Shown: positions 8,442 to 18,058 of the stretch, piece after piece
Layout of the letters: the number at the start of each line of letters is the position of its first letter
Position numbering within the stretch: position 1 is the first letter of the stretch
NCBI GenBank assembly: GCA_934630705.1
Contig: CAKTWP010000002.1
Coordinates: 100,195-164,194, forward strand
Length of the DNA stretch: 64,000 bases
Direction of reading: 5' to 3'
Source of the DNA: an uncultured Clostridia bacterium
GTDB lineage: Bacteria; Bacillota; Clostridia; Christensenellales; Aristaeellaceae
Notes under the pieces: model-generated
What the model was told of the DNA's origin: nothing
What the model saw: the letters and a program-made list of their open reading frames with translations, nothing else
The model's database searches: none
Made by a program: the position numbers and the translations under genes

Positions 8442-8460
8442 GGGCTAAGGAGGTGGGCGC

Positions 8461-9150
8461 ATGCTTTCGTTTTTGATGTGGCTGCTCAGGGACGCGCTGT
8501 TTTTCTTTGGCATGGTTTCCGGGCGGGGGTCGTTTCCCAAGCCCCTGTCCCGGCAGGAGGAGGCCCAGGCCATCGCCGCCATGGCCGCGGGAGATGCGGA
8601 CGCACGGCTGCGGCTGATTGAGCATAATCTGCGGCTGGTGTCTCACATTGCGCGCAAATACACGGTGCCGGGCTACAGTCAGGAGGATCTGGTTTCCGTT
8701 GGCACCCTGGGGCTGATGAAGGCGGTGGATACCTTTAAGCCCGAGACGGGTTCCCAGCTGGCCACTTATGCTGCCAGATGCATTGAAAATGAAATCCTGA
8801 TGCTGCTGCGCGCGTCCAAGAAGCGGCGGGGAGATGTATCCCTTTCTGATCCCATCGGCACGGATGGCGAGGGCAATGATATTTCCTTTATGGATATTCT
8901 GGGCACGCCGCCGGGGCAAGTGGAGGAGCAGGTGGCCCAACGGCTGGACCTGGCCAAGGTGAAGGCGCTGGTGCGCACGCTTCCTCGTAAGGAACGGCTG
9001 GTGATTGAAATGCGTTATGGGCTGCTGGACGGGGCTGCGCATCCCCAGCATGAGGTGGCTGCACTGCTGGGTATTTCCCGCTCCTATGTATCCCGGCTGG
9101 AGAAAAAGGCTCTGGCACTGCTGCGGGAGGGAATGGAAAAACCGGTTTGA
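8461..9150 (+). CDS. sigK: Sporulation sigma factor SigK (pro-sigma-K with N-terminal pro-sequence); uninterrupted
   Basis: Strong similarity to B. subtilis SigK throughout: FPKPLSRQEE pro-region, RLIEHNLRLVSHIARKY, SDPIGTDGEGNDISFMDIL, SRSYVSRLEKKAL. Confidence 0.8.
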   Translation: MLSFLMWLLRDALFFFGMVSGRGSFPKPLSRQEEAQAIAAMAAGDADARLRLIEHNLRLVSHIARKYTVPGYSQEDLVSVGTLGLMKAVDTFKPETGSQLATYAARCIENEILMLLRASKKRRGDVSLSDPIGTDGEGNDISFMDILGTPPGQVEEQVAQRLDLAKVKALVRTLPRKERLVIEMRYGLLDGAAHPQHEVAALLGISRSYVSRLEKKALALLREGMEKPV

Positions 9151-9574
9151 GCGCGCGGGAAGGCGCTGCGGGGAAAAACATTACTTGCGAACAGAGAATG
9201 GTTTTCCCCGTTCCGCAGTCTCGATCGGTGCGGCGGAACGCTGCTAATTGTTTCGATTGATTCGCGCAACTCCCTGCAGCTTGCGCTGGCAGGGCGGCCG
9301 TTTCATTCAGCCTCTCCAAGAAGGCAGTAGGGCTAAAAACGAAATTGCCCCTATCATCAGCGAACCCCCATTTGAGGAAAGAAAAGACCTTTTTCCTATC
9401 TGGCGTGGATTGCTGATAAGGAAGCGGCTACCAATTTATCCTAATCGGCCTTTGGGGGGAGCGCACGAAAGAGGCTAAAACCTTCCTGTATATTCTTCTT
9501 TCTGTCCCCGCCTCGCCCTTGCCAGCAGGCGGCGGGTGTGGTACAATACGGGCGCAGAGAAAGGGGGCGGGCGC

Positions 9575-10168
9575 ATGCCGGATAAACGGGGAAAGGCCAC
9601 GAAGAAGAAAATCGTGTCTGCCGCATGGAAGCTCTTTTATGAGCAGGGCTATGACAGCACCACCATTGAGGAAATCATCGCGGAATCCGGCACGTCCCGG
9701 GGCTCCTTTTATCATTATTTCGCTGGAAAGGATGCGCTGCTGGGATCGCTGTCGTTCATGTTTGATGAGAAATATGAGGAGCTGATTCCGCAGCTGGATC
9801 CGGCCATGGACGCCTTCGATCAGCTGATGCTTTTGAACCGGGAATTGTTCGGCATGATCGAGGATACCATCTCTCTGGATCTGCTGGCCCGGATGTATTC
9901 CACCCAGCTGACCACCAGCGGCGAAAAGCACCTGATGGATCACAACCGCATTTATTATCGCCTGATCCGCAAAATCGCTGTGGAAGGGCAGGAAAAGGGC
10001 CAGCTCCGAAGCGATATTTCCGTGAACGAAATCACCAAGCTCTATGCCCTGTGCGAGCGGGCGCTGCTGTATGACTGGTGCCTGTGCGGGGGCAGCTATT
10101 CCTTGAAGCATTACGCCGAAACAACGCTGCCCATGCTGCTGGGTCATGTTCGGGCCAGGCAGGCCTGA
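9575..10168 (+). CDS. TetR/AcrR family transcriptional regulator
   Basis: N-terminal HTH KKKIVSAAWKLFYEQGYDSTTIEEIIAESGTSRGSFYHYF. Start moved to MPDKRG. Confidence 0.8.
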   Translation: MPDKRGKATKKKIVSAAWKLFYEQGYDSTTIEEIIAESGTSRGSFYHYFAGKDALLGSLSFMFDEKYEELIPQLDPAMDAFDQLMLLNRELFGMIEDTISLDLLARMYSTQLTTSGEKHLMDHNRIYYRLIRKIAVEGQEKGQLRSDISVNEITKLYALCERALLYDWCLCGGSYSLKHYAETTLPMLLGHVRARQA

Positions 10169-10247
10169 TGGTCCAATACGCAAAACATCCCGGGCAAGGG
10201 AGAAAATCCGCTTTGCCCGGGACGCTTTTTATGCCATGGAAACGGAA

Positions 10248-11810
10248 TTACGCGGCGCGCTTGGCCTGCTCAAACTCCGCCTGAATTTCCGCGCTGGGCG
10301 CAGGCGTAAGCAGGGAGACGACCACGATCAGCAGCGCCGAGAACAGAAATGCCGGCAGCAGCTCGTAAATGCCCAGCAGCCCGCCCAGGGGTTTAATCAG
10401 CAGCTTCCAGATGAACACCATCGCGCCGCCGCCTACCATGCCGGCAATGGCTCCGGCCCGGGTGGTGCGCTTCCAGAACAGGGAGAAAAGCATCAGCGGG
10501 CCGAACGTGGCGCCAAAGCCCGCCCAGGCAAAGGAAACCACCTGGAAAATCACGCTGTTTTCATCCCAGGCAATCACCAGTCCCAGCAGCGTGATGGCCA
10601 GCACCACCAGCCGGGACAAACGCATCACCTGCTTGTCCGAGGCGTTTTTCTTGATGATTCCGCCATAAATGTTCTTGGAAACGGCGGAGGAGGCGATCAG
10701 CAGATAGGAATCGGAGGAGCTGATGGTGGCCGCCAGAATCCCGGCGGTGACCAGCCCGGCCAGCACAGGATGAAACATCAGCTTCGCCAACTGGGCAAAC
10801 ACGTTTTCAGAGCCGCTCTGTGTGGCCAGCGCGGGATCTACCGGCAGCAGCGCCCGGCCCATCAGGCCGATGAATACCGCTGCGGCCAAAGAAATTACCA
10901 CCCACACCGTGGCAATCCGGCGGGACCGGGTAAGCTCGCTGCCCCGGCGAATGGCCATGAATCGCAGCAGCACCTGGGGCATGCCGAAATAGCCAAGTCC
11001 CCAGCTCAGGGTGGAGAGAATCGTGAGGAAGCCATAGCCCTGCGCATTGCCGAACACCGCCGCGCCCTCCTTGGCCAGCTGCACGCCGTTTGCGTCCAGC
11101 GTGGGGAAGGCCAGCGCCGTCAGCGACAGGAAGCCGGGAATGCTGCGGGCGTTTTCGATCACCGCCTTCAGCCCGCCGGCGTTTTTTACGCCCACGATCA
11201 GCACACACAGCAGCGCTACCACCATCACCATCGCCTGAAGAAAGTCCGACACGCTTTCGGCCAGAAATCCGCCCAGAATGGTATACAGCAGCACAAACGC
11301 CGCGCCGATGAGCATCATGGTGTGATACGGCATGTTAAACAGCCCGGCGAACAGCTTTCCGCAGGTGACAAAGCAGCTGGCGGCGTACACCGTGAAGAAA
11401 ATCAGAATGAACACAGCCGATACGCTCAGAATCACCTTTTTCTTTTCATGGAAGCGATTGCTCAGGAAATCCGGCACGGTGATGGCGTTGCCCGCCGCCA
11501 CGGAATAGCTCCGCAGCCGCCGGGAGACCAGCAGCCAGTTCAGATAGGTGCCCAGCGCCAGACCGATGGCCGTCCAGCCCGCGTCCGCCAGGCCGCACCA
11601 ATAGGCCAGCCCCGGCACGCCCATGAGCAGATAGCCGCTCATATCCGAGGCCTCAGCGCTCATGGCCGACACCCACGGCCCCAGCGTGCGCCCGCCCAGA
11701 AAATAGTTTTCACTGCTCTGCTGGGATCGCCGCGCAAACAGAACGCCAATTAGAATGATCATTAGCATATAACATAGCATAACCACCAGGATAATCGCCT
11801 GACTTGTCAT
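10248..11810 (-). CDS. Sodium:solute symporter family transporter (PutP/OpuE-like Na+/proline-type)
   Basis: 520 aa with ~13 TM. The N-terminal SSF signature is YFLGGRTLGPWVSAMSAEASDMSGYLLMGVPGLAYWCG. Confidence 0.75.
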   Translation of the reverse strand: MTSQAIILVVMLCYMLMIILIGVLFARRSQQSSENYFLGGRTLGPWVSAMSAEASDMSGYLLMGVPGLAYWCGLADAGWTAIGLALGTYLNWLLVSRRLRSYSVAAGNAITVPDFLSNRFHEKKKVILSVSAVFILIFFTVYAASCFVTCGKLFAGLFNMPYHTMMLIGAAFVLLYTILGGFLAESVSDFLQAMVMVVALLCVLIVGVKNAGGLKAVIENARSIPGFLSLTALAFPTLDANGVQLAKEGAAVFGNAQGYGFLTILSTLSWGLGYFGMPQVLLRFMAIRRGSELTRSRRIATVWVVISLAAAVFIGLMGRALLPVDPALATQSGSENVFAQLAKLMFHPVLAGLVTAGILAATISSSDSYLLIASSAVSKNIYGGIIKKNASDKQVMRLSRLVVLAITLLGLVIAWDENSVIFQVVSFAWAGFGATFGPLMLFSLFWKRTTRAGAIAGMVGGGAMVFIWKLLIKPLGGLLGIYELLPAFLFSALLIVVVSLLTPAPSAEIQAEFEQAKRAA

Positions 11811-12058
11811 TCCCGTTCCCCTCGCTTCTCTTTGTAAATCCTTTATTTTTGCGGATTACGAACGGGATTATAGCATGCGATTATTCGAATGTAAATACAG
11901 AATGAATTACAGAATAAAGTCTGTACATCATAAGACAGAAAAACGGAAAAACACAGCTTTCAGGCCTGGATGCGCCTTGAAGCATCGCGCATCCTCTTGC
12001 CAACAAACGGGAAATATCGTATAATAAAATCAATGAAAAACAGGAGGAGGGATGCGCA

Positions 12059-13777
12059 ATGGGCTATCGGGAAGAATATGAAGGCTGGCTGAAACGCTTT
12101 GCCAACGATGCGGAAACGGTGCAGGAGCTGCAATCCATTGCCGGCGACGAAAAGGAAATCGAAGATCGGTTCTATACGGAATTGGCCTTTGGCACGGGCG
12201 GTCTGCGGGGCGTGCTGGGCATGGGCACCAACCGGATGAACGTGTATAATATCCGCCGGGCCACCATGGGCCTGGCCCATTATCTGCAGGCGCAGGGCAT
12301 TGCGGACAAGGGCGTGGTGATCGCCTTTGACAGCCGAATCAAAAGCGATGTGTTCGCCAAAGAAACGGCCCTGACCCTGGCGGCGGCGGGCATCAAAGCG
12401 TATCTGTTTGATGCGCTGCGGCCTGTGCCCATCCTGTCCTATGCGGTGCGGCATCTGGGCACGGCGGCGGGCGTGGTGATCACCGCCAGCCATAATCCGC
12501 CCCAGTATAACGGCTATAAGGTGTATGCGTCCGATGGTGCGCAGATCGCCCCCGAGGCGGCCGATGCTGTTACCGGCTTCATCCGCGCCCTTGCCTATGA
12601 ACAGTGCCAGCCCATGGCCGAGGCGGAAGCCCGGGAAAAGGGACTGCTGCAGATCGTGGGCAACCGGGAAGTGGACGACGATTATATCGCCATGGTCAAA
12701 ACACTGGCCCAGCGGCCGGAGCTGCTGGAAAAGCGGGGCAAGGATCTGAACATCGTGTATACGCCCCTGCATGGCTCGGGCAATGTGCCGGTGCGCCGGC
12801 TGCTGCATGAGCTGGGGGTCAGCCACGTGACGGTGGTGCCCCAGCAGGAAAAGCCGGATGGCCGTTTCCCCACCGTCACCGCTCCTAACCCCGAGGATCC
12901 CGCCGCTTTCAAGCTGGCCATTCCGCTGGCCAACGAAGTGGGGGCCACCACGGTGTTTGGCACGGATCCGGACTGCGACCGGCTGGGCGCCGCCGTGCGG
13001 GATGGCCAGGGCAATTTCCATACCCTCACCGGCAACCAGATCGCCTGCCTGATGCTGGACCATATCCTCAAAAGCCGGCAGGAAAAGGGCATTCTGGAAA
13101 AGAACGGCGCGGTGGTCAAGTCCGTGGTAAGCACGGAGCTGGCCCGGGCGATCTGCGAGCATTACGGCGTGAAGATGGTGGAAGTGCTCACGGGATTCAA
13201 ATTTATCGGCGAAAAAATTCAGCAGTTTGAAGAAACAGGGGATTACACCTTCCTGTTTGGCTTCGAGGAGAGCTTTGGCTATCTGTCCGGCACCCAGGTG
13301 CGGGATAAGGATGGGGTGAATGCGTCCCTGCTGCTGTGCGAAGCCACCTGCGCCTGCATGGAGCGGGGCGAAACCCTCTATGACGCGCTGCAGCGGCTCT
13401 ATCGCCAGTATGGTTATTTCAAGGAAACGGGCCTGTCCGTGGTGCTGCCGGGGAAGGATGGCGTGGAGAAAATGCAGGCCATCATGGCTGGCCTGCGCCA
13501 GACCCCGCCTGCGGAGCTGGCCGGTCTGCAGGTGACCGCCGTGCGGGATTTCCTGCGGGGCGTGCGCACGGAGGGCGAAAAGGAAGAGCCGCTGGATTTC
13601 CCCAAGTCCAATGTGCTGTATTTCGAGCTGGAGGGCGGCAACTGGGTCTGCATTCGTCCCAGCGGCACCGAGCCCAAGATCAAGCTCTATATCGCCACCC
13701 GGGCGCAGGATCAGGCTGCCGCGGATGAACGCAACGCCGCCCTGTCCGTCGCGGCCAAGGAGATGCTGGCGATCTGA
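12059..13777 (+). CDS. pgcA: Phosphoglucomutase / phosphomannomutase (alpha-D-phosphohexomutase family)
   Basis: 572 aa. Active-site loop TASHNPPQYNGYKV. Four-domain architecture of the PgcA type. Confidence 0.85.
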   Translation: MGYREEYEGWLKRFANDAETVQELQSIAGDEKEIEDRFYTELAFGTGGLRGVLGMGTNRMNVYNIRRATMGLAHYLQAQGIADKGVVIAFDSRIKSDVFAKETALTLAAAGIKAYLFDALRPVPILSYAVRHLGTAAGVVITASHNPPQYNGYKVYASDGAQIAPEAADAVTGFIRALAYEQCQPMAEAEAREKGLLQIVGNREVDDDYIAMVKTLAQRPELLEKRGKDLNIVYTPLHGSGNVPVRRLLHELGVSHVTVVPQQEKPDGRFPTVTAPNPEDPAAFKLAIPLANEVGATTVFGTDPDCDRLGAAVRDGQGNFHTLTGNQIACLMLDHILKSRQEKGILEKNGAVVKSVVSTELARAICEHYGVKMVEVLTGFKFIGEKIQQFEETGDYTFLFGFEESFGYLSGTQVRDKDGVNASLLLCEATCACMERGETLYDALQRLYRQYGYFKETGLSVVLPGKDGVEKMQAIMAGLRQTPPAELAGLQVTAVRDFLRGVRTEGEKEEPLDFPKSNVLYFELEGGNWVCIRPSGTEPKIKLYIATRAQDQAAADERNAALSVAAKEMLAI

Positions 13778-13800
13778 AGCCATTAAAAAAGCAGAATACG

Positions 13801-13854
13801 ATGCGGGAGGAAGCTTTTTGAAAAGCGTCCTTCCGCATTTTTCTTCATCCGGTT
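13801..13854 (+). terminator. Intrinsic terminator after the phosphoglucomutase gene
   Basis: atgcgggaggaagc...gcgtccttccgcat hairpin followed by ttttctt. Confidence 0.5.
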
Positions 13855-13920
13855 TTTGCAAGGATTTCTCCGCCCTTGTTCATTCTGTGCAGTTTTCCTT
13901 ATTTTTCTGCGTTTTCGTCA

Positions 13921-13949
13921 TTGCGCTTTCCCTGGAATGCCGATACAAT
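13921..13949 (+). promoter_or_regulatory. Sigma-70 promoter (TTGCGC-17-TACAAT)
   Basis: Hexamers with 17-nt spacing, ~40 nt upstream of the RBS aaaagggga. Confidence 0.4.
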
Positions 13950-13986
13950 GGCCTTACATCCCAGAGAAAAGGGGAGCGATGAAAAC

Positions 13987-14988
13987 ATGCCCAGGGGAAA
14001 ACGACCGCTCTGGCTTCGGAAGCTGCGCACAGCCACCGTCGCCGCGCCCAGTCTGGTGCGGGTGCGTCTGGCGGCGCGCCGTCCCGTTGAGCCGGACGCC
14101 GCGCTGCGGCTGGCACTGATTGCCGATCTGCATACCGACGCGGACCCGTACCGGGATCGCAGCAACGTGCTGCGCCGGGCCTTTGCGGGCATGATGGCCC
14201 AGTGCCGGGGATATGATGGGGTGGTGGCCGCCGGGGATCTGACCAATTCCGCCCATCCCCGGGAATACGCGCTGCTGCTTGGGCTGCTGCGGGCCTATTT
14301 TCCAGGGGCGCTGGAACGCATGATTCCCCAGATGGGCAATCATGACGCCCGGGGAACCAGCATCGATCCGGACTTTCCCCAGGCCTGCCGGTTGTTTCAG
14401 GATTTCTGCGGGCAATGCGGGCTGCAGGCGCGGCGCAACTATTTTGCCGTCCGGAAGAAAGCACACACATTTCTGGTGCTGGGCACAGAGCGGCTTTTGC
14501 AAAACGAGGCCTATCTTTCCGATGCGCAGTTTGAATGGCTGGAACAGGAGCTGGCCCGGGCCTGCGCCGAGGGGAAGCCGGTGTTTGTGGTTTGCCATCA
14601 GCCGCCCCACGGCCGCAATCAGGTGGACCAGCGTTGGCCCGAGGGCGCTCTGGGCGCGGAATCCCAGCGGCTGGATGCGCTGCTGCTGCGCTATGGGCAA
14701 AAGGCGCGGGCGCCGATCATCTATATCAGCGGGCATTTGCATAAGCGTTCCCCCGCCGCCTTTGAGCAGGCAGGGCAGAATGTGTATTATCTGAATTTGC
14801 CGGGCCTGCTGGATTGCGGCTGCGCCCCCCGGGGAACCATGCGGGCTGGGGGAGAAGGGTTCGTGCTGGCGGCGGAAAACGGAAAAGTCACCCTTCAGGG
14901 AATAAACTTTATCACCGGAAAACGCCATCCGGAGCAGCGCTATGAAATTCTCTATGGGGCGCCGGGGGATGAAGCCATGCCGAAATAA
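13987..14988 (+). CDS. Calcineurin-like metallophosphoesterase
   Basis: Motifs LIADLHTD, AAGDLTN, GNHD, VVCHQPPHG. Start is uncertain (ATG 13948 or 13987); I chose 13987 from the promoter and RBS positions. Confidence 0.65.
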   Translation: MPRGKRPLWLRKLRTATVAAPSLVRVRLAARRPVEPDAALRLALIADLHTDADPYRDRSNVLRRAFAGMMAQCRGYDGVVAAGDLTNSAHPREYALLLGLLRAYFPGALERMIPQMGNHDARGTSIDPDFPQACRLFQDFCGQCGLQARRNYFAVRKKAHTFLVLGTERLLQNEAYLSDAQFEWLEQELARACAEGKPVFVVCHQPPHGRNQVDQRWPEGALGAESQRLDALLLRYGQKARAPIIYISGHLHKRSPAAFEQAGQNVYYLNLPGLLDCGCAPRGTMRAGGEGFVLAAENGKVTLQGINFITGKRHPEQRYEILYGAPGDEAMPK

Positions 14989-15046
14989 AGGGCAGCGATG
15001 GCGGCATGCGCAGCTGTTCTTTGTCTGTGCTTTTGCGGGAATGCCC

Positions 15047-15075
15047 TTGCGCGGGCGGGGGGATTTCTCTATAAT
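15047..15075 (+). promoter_or_regulatory. Sigma-70 promoter (TTGCGC-17-TATAAT) of the decarboxylase gene
   Basis: Hexamers with 17-nt spacing. Same -35 hexamer as the promoter at 13921. Confidence 0.45.
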
Positions 15076-15079
15076 GAAG

Positions 15080-15117
15080 GCCGAAGGAGAGAAAACGCTC
15101 CTTCGGCTATTGATTTT
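15080..15117 (+). promoter_or_regulatory. Perfect 10-bp hairpin plus U-tract at the very 5' end of the transcript (attenuator or 5' stabiliser)
   Basis: gccgaaggag-agaaaacg-ctccttcggc then tattgatttt. The 3' arm could alternatively pair with the RBS region ccgaagagg. Confidence 0.35.
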
Positions 15118-15138
15118 AGAACCGAAGAGGAACAGAAC

Positions 15139-16374
15139 ATGCCGAATTTTTCTTTGCCCGATTCCGTTTTTGAGGCGGCGGCCAGCCGCTTCCCCACGCC
15201 CTTCCATCTGTACAATGAACAGGGTATTCGAGAAAACGCCCGCCGTATCAATCAGGCCTTTGCCTGGGCTCCCCATTATAAGGAATATTTCGCGGTTAAG
15301 GCCCTGCCCAACCCGCATATTTTAGAAATCTTCAAGCAGGAGGGATGCGGCCTGGATTGCTCCAGCGAGTGCGAGCTGCTGCTGGCGGAGCGGGGTGGTT
15401 TTTCCGGGGAGGACATTATGTTCAGCGCCAATGCCATGCCACCTGCCGAATTCGATCATGCCCGCCGTCTGGGTGCGATCGTGAATCTGGATGACTGCAG
15501 CGATATTGACACCCTGGCCGCCCACGGCGGCATCCCGGAAACCATCTGCGTTCGCTTTAATCCCGGCGGCACCTTTTCCCTGGGCACGCAGATCATGGGC
15601 GCGCCGGGAGAATCCAAATACGGCTGGACCCGGGAACAGCTTCTTCCCGGCTTGAACCGGCTGCGGGAGCTGGGGGCGAAGCAGTTTGGGCTTCATGCGT
15701 TCCTGGCCAGCAACACCACCGACCACAGCTATTATCCCAAGCTGGCGGGCATCCTCCTTGCTCTGGGCAAGGAGCTGGCACCCCAATGCGGGCTGCGGTT
15801 CGCGTTTGTGAATCTGTCCGGCGGGGTGGGCATTCCCTATCAGCCCGATCAGCCTGCGGCAGATATTTTGAAGATCGGCGCGGCGGTGGAGCAGGAATAT
15901 CGCCAAATTTTGGGCGATCCCCGGGAAGCGGGGGTGGGGATCAAAACGGAGCTGGGCCGGTTCATGACGGGGCCCCAGGGCTGGCTGGTCACCCGGGCGG
16001 TGCATGAAAAGAAAATTTACCGGGATTACATTGGCGTGGACGCCTGCGCGGCGAACCTGATGCGCCCGGTCATGTATGGCGCGTATCATCATATCCATGT
16101 GTGCGGCAAGCGGGATTGGCCCTGCGATCATGTGTATGATGTGACCGGATGCCTGTGCGAAAACAACGACAAGTTTGCCGTGAATCGCCCGCTGCCAAAG
16201 ATTCAGCTGGGGGATCTGCTGGTGATCCACGATACCGGCGCTCACGGCTTCTGCATGGGGTATCAGTATAACGGCCGGCTGCGCAGCGCGGAAATTCTCT
16301 ATCGCGCCGATGGCAGCTTCCAGCTTATCCGCCGGGCCGAAACCCCCGAGGATTATTTCGCCACGCTGGTGTGA
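15139..16374 (+). CDS. lysA: PLP-dependent fold-III decarboxylase, diaminopimelate decarboxylase-like
   Basis: 411 aa. N-terminal TPFHLYNEQGIRENARRINQAF...YFAVKALPNP. Orn/DAP/Arg decarboxylase family 2 architecture. Confidence 0.65.
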   Translation: MPNFSLPDSVFEAAASRFPTPFHLYNEQGIRENARRINQAFAWAPHYKEYFAVKALPNPHILEIFKQEGCGLDCSSECELLLAERGGFSGEDIMFSANAMPPAEFDHARRLGAIVNLDDCSDIDTLAAHGGIPETICVRFNPGGTFSLGTQIMGAPGESKYGWTREQLLPGLNRLRELGAKQFGLHAFLASNTTDHSYYPKLAGILLALGKELAPQCGLRFAFVNLSGGVGIPYQPDQPAADILKIGAAVEQEYRQILGDPREAGVGIKTELGRFMTGPQGWLVTRAVHEKKIYRDYIGVDACAANLMRPVMYGAYHHIHVCGKRDWPCDHVYDVTGCLCENNDKFAVNRPLPKIQLGDLLVIHDTGAHGFCMGYQYNGRLRSAEILYRADGSFQLIRRAETPEDYFATLV

Positions 16375-16398
16375 TGGAAAACGGGGACATTGTAGTGA

Positions 16399-16615
16399 AA
16401 TCGTTCCTTGTGGCCAAAGAACGTTTCCGCCTGTACCCCTTCCGGGAAAGCGATAGGGATAAAAACGGAACACATCCTGTCAGTAATGTGCCCCAGATGG
16501 GAGAGAAACGAAAATGCTGTCGTTTCTTTTCCCGTCTGGGGCACATTACCGATTGTGTGAAAATCTGTTTTTATCCCGGCAGGTTTTCGGGTGGGCGCGG
16601 GAGGGGGGCGCAAAA
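16399..16615 (+). repeat. Composite structured repeat, copy 2
   Basis: Same modules as 5479-5690. The large hairpin taatgtgccccagatggg...cccgtctggggcacatta carries compensatory changes relative to copy 1. Ends with gcgggaggggggcgcaaaagcctcctcccgc. Confidence 0.65.
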
Positions 16616-16645
16616 GCCTCCTCCCGCAATATTTTCCATTGCTGA

Positions 16646-17197
16646 TTAAACCAGCAGATACAGCCCCAGCCCGGCTGCGCCGGAAGCGAAAATCACCAGA
16701 ATGGGGTTGAGCTTGCCCTTGCGCAGGGCGATAAGGGCGGCAATAAAAATCCCGGCGGCGATCCAGTCCGTCTGCGCAAGGGTCATAGCGCCGGGAAACA
16801 CGGCGTTAAGCAGAATGCTCAGCCCGGCCCCGGCAATCAGCGCCACGATCACCGGCCGCAGCGAGGACAGCACCTCCTGAAACAGCGCCATGCTTTTGAA
16901 CCGCCTGTAAATGTACGCCAGCAGCGATACGATGATGCACGATGGCAGAATGCATCCCATCGTGGCAATCAGCGCGCCTGGAATCCCCGCCACCCGGATG
17001 CCCACGAACGTGGCTCCGTTTACCGCAATGGGCCCCGGGGTCATTTCCGCGATGGTCACCAGATTGGCAAACTCCTGCATGGTCAGCCAGCCGTGGCGCT
17101 CCACCACCTGGGCCTGAATCAGCGGCATGGCCGCATAGCCCCCGCCGATGCTGAACAGCCCGATCTGCAGGAAGCTGAGAAACAGCTGCATCAGCAT
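16646..17197 (-). CDS. chrA: Chromate transporter (CHR family, short-chain half)
   Basis: 183 aa. FLQIGLFSIGGGYAAMPLIQ signature of CHR proteins. Confidence 0.75.
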   Translation of the reverse strand: MLMQLFLSFLQIGLFSIGGGYAAMPLIQAQVVERHGWLTMQEFANLVTIAEMTPGPIAVNGATFVGIRVAGIPGALIATMGCILPSCIIVSLLAYIYRRFKSMALFQEVLSSLRPVIVALIAGAGLSILLNAVFPGAMTLAQTDWIAAGIFIAALIALRKGKLNPILVIFASGAAGLGLYLLV

Positions 17198-17766
17198 TTT
17201 TCCTGCGCCTCCCTGCGTTTTTTCAGCGCCAGCGCCTTGATCACGCCGATGACCGCCGCCGCCAGAATCAGATACACCACATTGACGTTTGCAAAGAAGG
17301 ACAGCCCGAACGCCGCGGCCAGCAGCACGGCGTTAAAAGCCTTTTCGCCCTTGAACACCTGGCCGCCCAGGCTGAGCACCACATCGAAAATCACTGCGGC
17401 CACCCCGGCCTGCATTCCCCGCAGCGCCAGCGCCACGAACCGGTTGGCGGCGAAGGCAGCATAGAAAAAGGCAATCGCCGCCAGAATCAGCATGGGGGGC
17501 AGGATGGTGCCGATCACGGAAAGCAGCATTCCCGGCAGCCCGCCGATTTTCCAGCCCACCAGCACCGCCGCGTTCACCGCAATCGCTCCCGGCGATGCCT
17601 GGGCCAGGGCGGTGTAATCCAGCATTTCCTGCTCATCCAGCCAGTGCAGCTCGTCCACATATTTGCGCTTCATCAGCGTCACGATCACAAAGCCCCCGCC
17701 GAAGGTGCAGGCGCTGATTATGAATGAATTCACAAACAGCGTCAGCAGCCGGTTTTTTGCTTGCAT
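17191..17766 (-). CDS. chrA: Chromate transporter (CHR family, short-chain half, paired with the downstream gene)
   Basis: 191 aa, homologous to its neighbour (FVNSFIISACTFGGGFVIVTLM). Overlaps the next gene by 7 nt. Confidence 0.75.
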   Translation of the reverse strand: MQAKNRLLTLFVNSFIISACTFGGGFVIVTLMKRKYVDELHWLDEQEMLDYTALAQASPGAIAVNAAVLVGWKIGGLPGMLLSVIGTILPPMLILAAIAFFYAAFAANRFVALALRGMQAGVAAVIFDVVLSLGGQVFKGEKAFNAVLLAAAFGLSFFANVNVVYLILAAAVIGVIKALALKKRREAQEKC

Positions 17767-18058
17767 GCCCTTGTCCTCTCTTTCATGTCGTCAACGCTTC
17801 CCATTATAGCCCAGGGCAGGACGATTGTAAAGCCTTATCCTGCGGGCGGGTGCGTCTGAGTCGCTTCGCCTGGTGTCTGCGATCTTCAGCGCACTGGCGG
17901 CGGCCGGTTCTCTCCTTCTCCTGAAGGAAAGCACCCATCGCATGTTTTCTCTTTTGCAGCTTTCAGGAAAGGAACGTTCCGGCGCATTTTTTCGCACCCC
18001 CCTTCTTTACTTTTTTGGGATTGTGTGGTATTGTTGAGGGAGCGAGGGGGGAGGATGG

